A stretch of 63,102 nt of DNA, filler included, from Octopus bimaculoides (Eukaryota), in the NCBI RefSeq assembly GCF_001194135.2. It is 4 parts of 3 records of this genome, joined end to end, with 100 filler letters (N's around TTAATTAATTAA, not from the genome) between each part and the next. Parts side by side here need not be neighbours in the genome. Positions count along the whole stretch, not along the records: positions 1 to 29,399 come from NC_068982.1; positions 29,500 to 51,912 come from NC_069009.1; 2 more parts are not named here. One strand, written 5' to 3'. A program made the position numbers and the translations under genes. This document shows, piece by piece, positions 25,721 to 37,506 of the stretch; the first letter of the stretch is position 1; each line of letters opens with the position of its first letter. Below the pieces are notes generated by a model. It did not search any database. It was not told the origin of the DNA and saw only the letters and a list, made by a program, of their open reading frames with translations.

Positions 25721-28700
25721 ATGAAAATTGCAGTAGTCACCACACAGCAAAAGTAAAAGATATTTGATTTTCATAAAAATATGTATATATATATATTGTA
25801 AGTTACTTTGTGGTACTGGTGCCATGTAAAAAACACTCAGTTCCCTCTGTAAAGTGGTTGGTGTTAGGAAGGACATACAGCTGTAGAAACCAAGCCAAGA
25901 CAGACAATGGAGCTTGATGCAGCCTTGGCTTTTATTAGCTCCTGTCAAACCCATGCCAGCATAAAAAAATGAACAAAATGATTATATATATATATATATA
26001 TATTGAGTATCACTGTCAAGAAAGCTTGGGGTAAATTTAAAAAAAAAAAGCCCTTCAAAAGACAACTTCGAAGAGTGCAATTTCAATTCTCATTAGAATC
26101 CTATCAAAATTTCAAGCTTTAGGTTTTTAAAGAGGACTCCCACTTGCTGATAACCATTTAAAATAAATATATTCTCATGATGGTTTGTCTTTGATAGGGA
26201 AGTAAAAGAATCATAACAGTTAGTTAAGTTTCAGTTCAATACATAAGATACTCTTCAGATGATTCAGGATATTGGTTATGTGGAAACAATGAGGTAAGCT
26301 AGTAGAGAAAATGATTGATTTTTCTTTATTGATTCCATATACTTTATAGTCACAGTAGGTTTCTTTAACTAAGGAGTTTATTCTACTTTGTTTTTGTTAA
26401 ATTTGAATTTTGTATACAAAAAAATTGAAGTTTTAATGAAAACATTCCATTAGTTAAATATATTAGTTTTATGAACGATGTTTAAATGGTTTCTTGATTT
26501 AAGAGTTAAGCTGTATCACTTTAAAACCAGTTGATCAGTGAGATGAAAATTAATTTATCTTTGAATACCAATTTAGATTGTTATAATTTCAGTTGCAACA
26601 AATATATCCAAATGTTTTGAGTTTGATACAGATTTATTTTTTTACATTTGTTTCCATAAAGTTAAAGTTTATTATTTATCTCCATGTTTATATTTCTATT
26701 ATCATTTTTTAAATTAGTCTATCTTCAGGCACTATATTTTTCTACATATCCTTGTGATACTGACCTTTTTAACAATAAGCAACTCTAGCTTTGAATTAAA
26801 GTTTTGAGCATAGTTCCAGTGGCAACATATATATATATATAATGTATGCATGCATGCATGTTAGTTAGAAAAATCACTTGAAGATTGCCAGCAAGCATTC
26901 TGATGAGAAAAATATCAATAGAATACCAGATTCATAGTCTGAAGGTGCAAAGTTCTTTTCTAGCAATAACTTGTGTACACAGTACATTTTACTTCCTCTA
27001 CATCATTTTACTTGGTCAGATCTGCTATTGACTTCTCATGTTTTTAATGGTTTGGTCTGGAAGAAGGGGCTGTGCTTCATAGTCTTTGCAAATTCTCCAG
27101 ACCCTTTCATTATATCTTTCTGGTTCTCTATAACCAGCTTATGTTACATGTTCTCTTTATCCATCTTATTGTTAATTCTAACCACATATGTATCCTCTGT
27201 AATACCTGAATTTCATAGGTCACATTTCTAATTACTAGTACCTCAAAGACAGGTTAATCTATTTAATAAAGTATCTGCTTTACAACACTTGTTGCTGACT
27301 CATACACAATATTTTAGTGAAGGTCATCTGTAGTAGATGTGGTGTTAAGAATGTCTCCTGATTTGCATTATTATTACATACATTACAAAGGTAGTGAGTT
27401 GGCAGAATCATTAGTATGCCAGTCAAAAGGCTTAGCCGTATTTCATCTGTCTTCGTGTTCTAAGTTTAAATTCTGCCAAGATCGACTTTGCTTTTCATCT
27501 TTTTGGAGGTCGATGAAATAAGTACCAGTTGAGTACTATGGTCAATGTAATTAACTATCTCCTACCTCCAAATTACAGGTCTTGTGCCTATATTAGGATT
27601 ATGTACAGAATGGTGACAGGCTGAAATAATAAAGCAAAGGATTAAATGCCTTGCAGTATGTAGTTATGTCCCTTTACATTTCCAGTCCAAATCCCACTGA
27701 GGTCAACTTTGCTTCTCATCTTTCCAAGGTCACTGAAATAGCAGACAAATACTAGGATCAATCTAATCGACTATACCGTCCGTCATGATGTGTGGCCTTG
27801 TGCTCCTGTCAGATTCCTTGTCTACGTGACTCAATAAACTTAGCCATGTAGTCGGGACTGATCAACTTTTTAATTCTGCAATATTGGGTGAGAGGACAAA
27901 TGAACTGTAGCAGATTTGTTTGAACAAGTTAAACCATGTCAGCATTGAAACTTAGTTTGAAATATATGCATTAAACAATTTATACTGCTTTTTATATAGT
28001 GTAGGTAACTGTATAGTTAAATTGATACCATGGTTTCATACAAGTAACAAGTGAAATATGATCAATTGAACCTCTTCATTACATCCATGAAGATAAACTT
28101 CACTTCGAAATCATGCTATAAATTTATTTATATAGTTACCCATGAACACAACAGACTCAACATACTTCACTGCAAGCATGTATTGAGTACTTTAATGTTT
28201 ACACACATGTTACTCTATGTGCATACACACACTTACATATATACATGTGTACACACATTTTTCTTGTGATCTGTTGCTTATTTTCTCTATTTTCAAATGT
28301 TTTTGGATTATTAAAGGAAGTGAATGACAATGTGTACAGGATGAACAGAACGCTTTGTGGTATTTAGTTACGTCCTTTCATATTCCCATTTCAAATCCTA
28401 TCTGAGTGGGTGGAGGGTTAGCGTCAATAAAGTAAGTATCAGCAATATAATAGTAGTTAATTCAGTTGACCACACCTCTATCCCTAACTTGAAAATTATT
28501 ACATTCTAAATTCAGTTTTATATTTTAGGTTGTGTTCAGCATTTTGTCAAATTTTCAATACACTTCTGAATTCTGTAAAATAATGTACAAAAATAACTAT
28601 AAAATATAAAGCATGAAACTAATTTATTGTATTTTCTAAATAAATGTTTGTAACATTTACTAAATATATATGTATTTATTGATTAAAGTTATGTTTATAT

Positions 28701-29399
28701 ATGTTTTATCACTTGTTGGCTTATTTGTTGTGTGTGTGACATTAATTTGTTTCTTTCACTACTGTTTTTTTTTTTTTGTATATAATTTGTTTCAGATGTA
28801 GCTAAGAAGTTTGCTTCCCAACCATGTTGTCTTGGGTTCAGTCCCACTATACAGCACTTTGGGCAAATGTCTTCTCTTATAAGCCTCGGGCTGACCAAAG
28901 CTTTGAGAGTGGATTTGATAGAAACTGAAAGAAGCTTGTTGTGTGTGTATCTGTGTGGTGTCCCCCCCACTTGCCATGAAGTGCACTCAGTACGCTCTAT
29001 AAAGCAGTTGCCATTAGGAAGGGCATCCAGCTGTAGAAACCATGCCAAAACTAAGACACTGATTTCCTCTGCTCCATTTATTCTCTTGACCTACTCAACC
29101 CATGCCAACCATGGAAAGTGGACATGATGGTGCTGGTCATGATGTTGATACTACACAATACTACAGAATATATCGATAGATTTTAGCCAACAAAGCATGT
29201 AATAGATGTAAGCAACTTGTGGCTATGTGGATAGAAAAAGAAGAATCAGCCAGACTAATTCCAACTGTATTGGGATTTCGTCAGCAACTGAGTAACCTCT
29301 GTCTATCTATAGATAAGTTGTTTATAAACCTGCTATTATTGAACTTAAGTAAACACAAACCCCTTCAGGTAGATGGCCCTGCTCAGTATGTAGAAAAGG

Positions 29400-29499
29400 N
29401 NNNNNNNNNNNNNNNNNNNNNNNNNNNNNNNNNNNNNNNNNNNTTAATTAATTAANNNNNNNNNNNNNNNNNNNNNNNNNNNNNNNNNNNNNNNNNNNN
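29400..29499. other. Artificial 100-nt gap spacer (44 N, TTAATTAATTAA, 44 N); also at 51913-52012 and 61821-61920
   Basis: Identical geometry three times; the 12-mer gives stops in all six frames. Confidence 0.97.
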
Positions 29500-29532
<33 letters not shown>

Positions 29533-29560
29533 GTATATATACATACATATATACATGCAA

Positions 29561-29591
<31 letters not shown>

Positions 29592-29597
29592 TATTCA

Positions 29598-29841
29598 GGT
29601 GCCATGTGAAAAGCCACATAAAAGGCACTGGTAATGGTGCCACATAAAAGGCACTGATAAGGGTGCCTCATAAAAGGCACTGGTAATGGTGCCACATATA
29701 AAAGCATTGGTGATGGTTCCACATAAAAAGCATTGGTGGTGGTGCCATGGGAAAAGCACTGATGCTATGTAAAAAGCAATGGTGCCACATAAAAGGCACT
29801 GGTAATGGTACCACATTAAAAGCACTGGTGCTGGTACCATG
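29598..29841 (+). repeat. About 26-bp minisatellite (ggtgccacataaaaggcactggtaat), about 9 degenerate units
   Basis: Seen directly; the unit resembles the ggtgccacgtaaaaagcac motif of SINE family A. Confidence 0.9.
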
Positions 29842-30170
29842 ATAAAACTACCAAATCAAGCAAGTAACAAGATGCATCCCAATTTCTGAGTAGAGTCGTT
29901 GGTTGGATACAAAATCTGACCAATACTAACTCCATAATCCTACAAATTAATTAAAGCTGTTGAATGTTCCATGCTAATTCAGTCATATAACAGCACAGCT
30001 AATGCTTAGATTATCAGTTTGTTTCTGTTAATTCCAGTTTAGTAATGTTCCAAGTTGTCATGTTTCCCATTAATTTCAGTTAAATAATTATCTAAACCCT
30101 CATTAAATGATCAAATATTTTATGCAAATGTCCTAAGCATTCGATTTAGTGTTAAATAAAGAATAAAAAG

Positions 30171-30351
30171 TTTTGAATGGTACAACAGTGCACTATAATA
30201 CAAAAATGGACTATATACCTGTTGTAATTTAGTTATCTATAGTCCGATGATATTTCGGAATACAATTCCTTCTTCAGACTATAGATAACTAAATTACAAC
30301 AGGTATATAGTCCATTTTTCGTATTATAGTGCACTGTTGTACCATTCAAAA
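30171..30351. repeat. 181-nt near-perfect palindrome (74/75-nt arms) with a hammerhead core in the loop on the minus strand
   Basis: Arms 30171-30244 and 30277-30351 are reverse complements apart from one extra base; minus strand 30277 to 30249 reads CUGAAGA-A-GGAAU-UGU-AUUCC-GAAA-U-AUC. Confidence 0.85.
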
Positions 30352-30517
30352 TGTTTTATTTTTTACAGACAATACACAATGCTTCAAGCAAACTACAATA
30401 CTCTCCTAGTATTAAATGTTTCATGCAAATTTGAGTTATATGATTTTTGAAGCATTGAATAAAAACAATATCGACTTTTTTATGTTGATCTGACTTATGT
30501 GATATTTCTAGGCTCTA

Positions 30518-31804
30518 TTAACACTTACGTTACTATATTTCTGTTGAGATGTTCTGTGTTTCTTTCAACTGATTTTAAATATAACAAAGAATTCAGTAAA
30601 ATAACTTAGTTATCATTAAGCTAGTGTTTAGGAACATAAATTGTGACTAAGGTTTGGATGGAAGATTTTAATTCAGGACTTATAAAAACAAGACATTTGT
30701 ACTACAGAGCCAGAGGTGGGTTTCAGCCAGGTTGTTATCAAAAGGGTTAAAAATATCATGGTGACTTTAACCCTTTTGTTACCATATTTCTGTTGTTGAG
30801 ATGTTCTGTGTTTCTTTCAACTGATTTTAAATATAACAAAGAATTCAGTAAAATAACTTAGTTATCATTAAGCTAGTGTTTGGAACNNNNNNNNNNNNNN
30901 NNNNNNNNNNNNNNNNNNNNNNNNNNNNNNNNNNNNNNNNNNNNNNNNNNNNNNNNNNNNNNNNNNNNNNNNNNNNNNNNNNNNNNNNNNNNNNNNNNNN
31001 NNNNNNNNNNNNNNNNNNNNNNNNNNNNNNNNNNNNNNNNNNNNNNNNNNNNNNNNNNNNNNNNNNNNNNNNNNNNNNNNNNNNNNNNNNNNNNNNNNNN
31101 NNNNNNNNNNNNNNNNNNNNNNNNNNNNNNNNNNNNNNNNNNNNNNNNNNNNNNNNNNNNNNNNNNNNNNNNNNNNNNNNNNNNNNNNNNNNNNNNNNNN
31201 NGGAACATAAATTGTGACTAAGGTTTGGATGGAAGATTTTAATTCAGAACTTATAAAAACAAGACATTTGTACTACAGAGCCAGAGGTGGGTTTCAGCCA
31301 GATTTATATCAAAGGGGTTAAAAGGTGGTTTCAGCTGGATTGGTATCAAAAGGGTTAAAGTGATCTGAATTAAAACCTTCCATCAAAATTTCATGCTAAT
31401 TCATGTTCCAAAATTATTTCACTAAAATCTTCATTATTTTCAAAAGTAATGGAAACAAAGGCAGAGTACTTCAAGAGAAATATGGTAACAAAAGGATTAA
31501 CCCTTTAGTTACCATATTTCTGTTGAGATGCTCTGTGTTTCTTTCAATTAATTTTAAATATAACAAAGAATTTAGTAAAGTAACTTAGTTATCATTAAGN
31601 NNNNNNNNNCTGTGTTTCTTTCAATTAATTTTAAATATAACAAAGAATTTAGTAAAGTAACTTAGTTATCATTAAGCTAGTGTTTAGGAACATAAATTGT
31701 GACTAAGGTTTGGTGGAAGATTTTAATTCAAAATTTATGCAAACAAGACATTTGTACTACAGAGCCAGAGGCGGTTTCAGCCAGATTTATATCAAAAGGA
31801 TTAA
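30518..31804. mobile_element. Cluster of about 230-300-bp piggyBac-like MITE copies (partly assembly-duplicated)
   Basis: Units start ttaa-cccttttgttac and end gtatcaaaaggg-ttaa; copies 30518-30750, 30767-31321 (gap inside), extra end to 31358, 31497-31804. Confidence 0.65.
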
Positions 31805-33219
31805 GTTATTGAATATGTTCTGTTAATTGAAGTTAAACAAACTAATGCAACAAGCTAGCAGAATTGTTAGCATGCTGGGCAAAGCACTTAGCAACATTCT
31901 ATCCATCTTTATGCTTTGAGTTCAAATTTGTCTGAGGTCGACTATTCCTTTCAATCTTTCAGGGTTGATAAAATAAGCACCAGTTGCATACTGGGGTTGA
32001 TGTAGAAAGGATTATTATTATTATTATTATTCTTTTACTTGTTTCAGTCATTTGACTGTGGCCATGCTGGAGCACCACTTTTAGTTGAGCAAATTGGCTC
32101 CAGGACTTATTTTTTGTAAGCGTAGTACTTATTCTATCAGACTCTTTTTGCCGAACCACTAAGTTATGGGGATGTAAACACACCAGCATCGGTTGTCAAG
32201 CGATGTTGGGAGGACAAACACAGACACACAAACATATGCACACACACATATATATATACATACAACTGGCTTCTTTCAGTTTCCATTTACCAAATCCACT
32301 CACAAGGCTTTGGTCGGCCTGAGACTATAGTAGAAGACACTTGTCCAAGGTGCCATGTAGTGGGACTGAACCTGGAACCATGTGATTCATAAACAAGCTA
32401 CTTAACACACAGCCAGTACACCACTATTATCATTATTATTATTATTATTATTATTATGTCTAAGAGAAGAAAAATTCATTCCCATTCTAACACACCAATG
32501 GATGTCAGCAGCTTTGTTGCATACAACGTTCTAGAAGTGTGTAGTGTGTAGGGTTACCTATATCATACACCCCCCCCCATCTCACCATCACACTATTCCA
32601 CTTTCCTTCACCATTCCCAAACTGAATTCTTCAATGCAGAATTAGCGGTTAACCAAAATGAAAGTGAAAGTAGCAAAAGTGAAGTCAGATTGTTAATGTT
32701 AAGGTACAGAACAGTGGAATTACCTGTTTGTTCTTGAAACATCTGAACTCCAGGTTAAATATAGGTTCCATACTCACACACACACACACACATGTAAGTA
32801 TGATACATATATATGTATATATATATGTATGTATATATACAAATCCACATGTACATATATATAGTTATGCGAATTTTTGTATATATGTATGTATGTATGT
32901 ATCTATTTATATATATATATGAATGATAACTACATTGTTTGTGTACATGTGTGCACATGCACACATGTATGTATGTATGTACGTATAAGTTTTTATGCGT
33001 GTATGTGCACATATATATAAATATGTATCCGTGTAAGTTTTTGTATATTTGCATATATTCTATATGGCTAGTTGCGTGCGTGCATATGTGTGCATATGTA
33101 TGGAGCACCATCCAGTGGCCTTATCAGGCACTATATCCAGCAGTTTTATATAAGAATGTAGAAATTTCAATCTAATTTAGACTTATGTACGCAAACTTGA
33201 TAGGATGCAGATGTCTTTG

Positions 33220-33262
<43 letters not shown>

Positions 33263-33272
33263 NNNNNNNNNN

Positions 33273-33314
<42 letters not shown>

Positions 33315-33834
33315 ATATATATGCATGTGCATATACATATATATATTAATATATATATATGTGTGTATATAGATTTATGTATTTATATATTATATTATAT
33401 TATAGTTTTGTTTATACATACCAATGCTAATAATGAGTTGTGAGTACAGAGTGTAATATGACATTAATGGAATGCAGCTGCATTAGCTTACAGTTGTTTC
33501 TGCTATTAGAGTCAGTATACACAGACTTAAGTGCTTGTGCAACATCTTATCGCTTCCTCAGAGCCTTTGAAGTGAATTATATTTGTATATCAGAAAGTGT
33601 TTAATCCTTTAGCAATGAGATGAATCTGTCAAATCTAATGTTTGTGCATTTATATTGTTTTTAATTAATCCTTCATTTTCTCATAGCTTTGAGATTTCGA
33701 TGATGTGGTTGTTTCGTTTTAGAATGACATTGTAGGATTGAAATGAGAGGCCAGAGCTGGCCAGTTTGAATGCTAAAGGGAATTATTAACATAGTGCAAA
33801 GGAGTTATGATAAATAGGTAGACATATAGGTTCA

Positions 33835-34010
33835 GGCGTGGCTGTGTGGTAAGAAGCTTGCTTCCCAACCACATGGTTCCGGGTTCAGTCTCACTGCATG
33901 GCACCTTGGGCAAGTGTCTTCTACTATAGCCTCGGGCCAACCAAAGCCCTGTGAGTGGATTTGGCAGACGGAAACTGAAAGAGGCCCGTCGTATATGTAT
34001 ATATATATAC

Positions 34011-34055
<45 letters not shown>

Positions 34056-34230
34056 AATATATATATGTGTGTGTGTATGTATATGTTTGTGTGTATGTGT
34101 TTGTCCCTCCAACATCGCTTGACAACTGATGCTGGTGTGTTTACGTCCCCATCACTTAGCGGTTTGGCAAAAGTGACCGATAGAATAAGAACTAGGCTTA
34201 TAAAGAATAAGTCCTGGGGTCGATTTGCTC
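33835..34230 (+). mobile_element. SINE family B (tRNA-like head, internal TA/TG microsatellite). Other copies or halves: about 230-490(+), 2715-2865(-), 28795-28970(+), 32010-32420(-), 34500-34660(-), 38540-38760(+), 39260-39450(+), 45885-46040(+), 47280-47960(+), 62820-63000(+)
   Basis: ggcgtggctgtgtggtaagaagcttgcttcccaaccacatggttccgggttcagtc (A/B-box-like), then ccttgggcaagtgtcttctactatagcc, a microsatellite, and gatagaataagtactaggc. Confidence 0.88.
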
Positions 34231-34459
34231 CACATACATATACACACACACACATTTATATATATACATATACACACACACACATTTATATATATATACA
34301 TATACACACACATATATCTACACACACGCATGCATATATATACACACACATATCTACATACACACACACACACACACATATATATACACATACACACATA
34401 CAAATATATACACATCCACACATACATATATATATACACATACATATATAAATATCTAC

Positions 34460-34490
<31 letters not shown>

Positions 34491-34659
34491 AACACATATA
34501 TATACACATAGATATGGACATCTTTTAGTTTCCATTTCCCAAACCCACACACAAAAAATTTTGTAGACCTGGGGCTATAGGAGACGATGCTTACCCAAGG
34601 TGCTATGCAGTGGGATTGAACCTGGAACTACTTGATTGCATAGCAAGCTTCTTGGGTGT

Positions 34660-35760
34660 TGGCCTTTCAAGGCCTGGATATGAAGATGATACTGAGGATG
34701 GTGGTGGTGGTGGCTGTAGTGATAGCAATAAGAATGATGATGATGGTGATGATGGTATTGGTGGTGGTGGTAGTTGCGAAGGTGGCAGTGATGATGATGA
34801 TGGTGGTGGGAGGAGTGATGAAAAAGTATGTTGATGGTATCAGTGACAACGATAATGATCATAATGATGATAATGGTAGTGGTGTTGATGATGGTGATGA
34901 TGACGTAGAGATGATAGTGACGATGGTGGTAGTGATGGTGATGATGATGGTGATAACGATGGTGAAGATGGCGATGATGATGATGGCGGTGGTAGTGATG
35001 ACGATGATGGCAATAGTGATGATGGTGATGATGATGCTGGTGATGACGATGCTGGTGACGATGATGTGGAGAGGATAGTGATGATGCTGGTTGTGATGAT
35101 GATGGTGATGATGATGATGGTGACGATGATGCTGGTGACGATGATGCTGGTGATGACGATGCTGGTGATGACGATGCTGGTGATGACGATGCTGGTGAGG
35201 ATGATGCTGGTGATGATGACGATGCTGGTGATGATGATGCTGGTGACGATGATGCTGGTGATGATGACGATGCTGGTGATGATGATGCTGGTGACGATGA
35301 TGTGGAGATGATAGTGATGATGCTGGTTGTGATGATGATGGTGACGATGATGATGGTGATGATGATGATGCTGGTGACGATGATGCTGGTGACGATGATG
35401 CTGGTGACGATGATGCTGGTGACGACGATGCTGGTGATGATGACGATGCTGGTGATGATGATGCTGGTGACGATGATGCTGGTGATGATGACGATGATTG
35501 TGACGATGATGCTGGTGACGATGATGCTGGTGACGACGATGCTGGTGATGATGATGCTGGTGACGATGATGCTGGTGACAATGATGCTGGTGATGATGAC
35601 GATGCTGGTGATGATGATGCTGGTGACGATGATGTGGAGATGATAGTGATGATACTGGTTGTGATGATAATTGTTACAACAATAATGATGATGCGGAGAT
35701 GATAGTGATGATGGTGAAGGGGATGCTGGTGATGATGATGAAAGCAATGATGATATGTAA
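34660..35760. repeat. Compound trinucleotide repeat (GAT/GGT/GAC/GCT) with 12-15-bp higher-order units
   Basis: gatgatgctggtgac reiterated; block starting gatgtggaga recurs at about 35063, 35299 and 35632. Confidence 0.95.
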
Positions 35761-36513
35761 ATAACTGTCAGCTGAGTTTGACTAACAATTAATGAATAGT
35801 GATACTCTTCAGATTACAAGACCTAATGGCTCCCTCCCTCCCTCNNNNNNNNNNNNNNNNNNNNNNNNNNNNNNNNNNNNNNNNNNNNNNNNNNNNNNNN
35901 NNNNNNNNNNNNNNNNNNNNNNNNNNNNNNNNNNNNNNNNNNNNNNNNNNNNNNNNNNNNNNNNNNNNNNNNNNNNNNNNNNNNNNNNNNNNNNNNNNNN
36001 NNNNNNNNNNNNNNNNNNNNNNNNNNNNNNNNNNNNNNNNNNNNNNNNNNNNNNNNNNNNNNNNNNNNNNNNNACCACCACCCACGACAAACTGTTTGTC
36101 CTCCTCCCCGCCCCTGCTGCTCATACAAATCCTACCTCCCACTTTCCCTCGCACTGTGACCCTTCTGTCTTGACACCTTCATTACAAACCCCCCACCACC
36201 AACACCACCACCAACACCACCACCACCGCCACCAACGCCAAGCCAGTAAATCACCTTTAACTGCACAGTGGTGGCCTTCTAGAACATTTCTGCTACCACA
36301 ACCACTACTACCACCACTACCACCACCACCACCACCACCAATACTAGAAATATCATCATCATCATCATCATAATGATCCTTTCTACTAAAGGCACAGGGC
36401 CTGAAATTTATGGGGAGGAGACTAGACAACTACATCGATCCCCAGTGCATAACTGGTACTTAATTTATCAACCCCGAAACAATGAAATCCAAAGTTGACT
36501 TCGGCAGAATTTC

Positions 36514-36561
<48 letters not shown>

Positions 36562-37107
36562 TTCCTTTCTACTAAAGGTACAAGGCCTGAGATTTGTGGG
36601 GAAGGGATGAGTCGATTACATCAACCCCAGTGTTCAACTGGTACTTAATTTATCGATCCCCAAAAGGATGAAAGGCAAAGTCAACCTTGGCGGAATTTGA
36701 ACTCAGAACATAGCAATGGGTGAAATACCACTAAGCATTTCGTCCAGTACACTAACAATTCTACCAGCTTGCTGCCTTTATAATATTAGTACAGGGTGGT
36801 CACTAGAAAAGTGGAAAGTTTGTGAAATGCCATTTTATTTTTTCACAAGATCTAAGTATCACAAAGCTTGATATCATATTAACCCGCTGCCTGCCATGAG
36901 TCTCATGGCTGGCTGTTCGTTATATTTAAAGTGAATTGCTTATACACATAGTATATGCAGAGGTGTGTTTAACAATATTTAGAAGTTAAAATTTATCGTT
37001 ATTAGCTCTGGCTAATTCTAGAGGACATTTTACGTCATAAATTGCAGTTTTTGAACTACAAAAATATTTACATTTGATGGATATTTGTCCTCATCTTGTT
37101 TGTTGTT

Positions 37108-37153
37108 AACACAATGTTTTGGCTAATATACCCTCCAGCCTTCATCAGGTGTC
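37108..37153 (-). ncRNA. Hammerhead motif, probably inactive copy (family D, minus copy)
   Basis: GACAC-CUGAUGA-A-GGCUGG-AGGGUAUA-UUAGCC-AAAA-C-AUU-GUGUU; G12 and G16.2 are changed to A. Confidence 0.65.
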
Positions 37154-37460
37154 TTGAGGAAATTTTGAACCTGGGTTCTCATTCCTAAGGTATTTTTCGA
37201 TATTATTATCATTATTATTCAGGTCACTTCCTGGAATTGAACTTGGAATCTTGAAGTGAGCAGCCCGCGTTCTTAACCACTACGCCATATGCCTGTGGGC
37301 TATGGTGTAGTGGTTAAGAGCACGGGCTACTAAACCCAAGATTCCGAGTTTAATTCCAGGCAGTGACCTGAATAATAATAATAATAATAACAATAATAAC
37401 AACAACAACAACATCGAAAAATACCTTAGGAATGAGAACCAAGGTTCGAAATTTCCCCAA

Positions 37461-37506
37461 GACACCTGATGAAGGCTGGAGGGTATACCAGCTGAAATGT
37501 TGTGCT
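37461..37506 (+). ncRNA. Minimal type I hammerhead ribozyme motif (family D, plus copy)
   Basis: GACAC-CUGAUGA-A-GGCUGG-AGGGUAUA-CCAGCU-GAAA-U-GUU-GUGCU; core intact, helix III A-U plus U-G with no loop. Confidence 0.75.
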
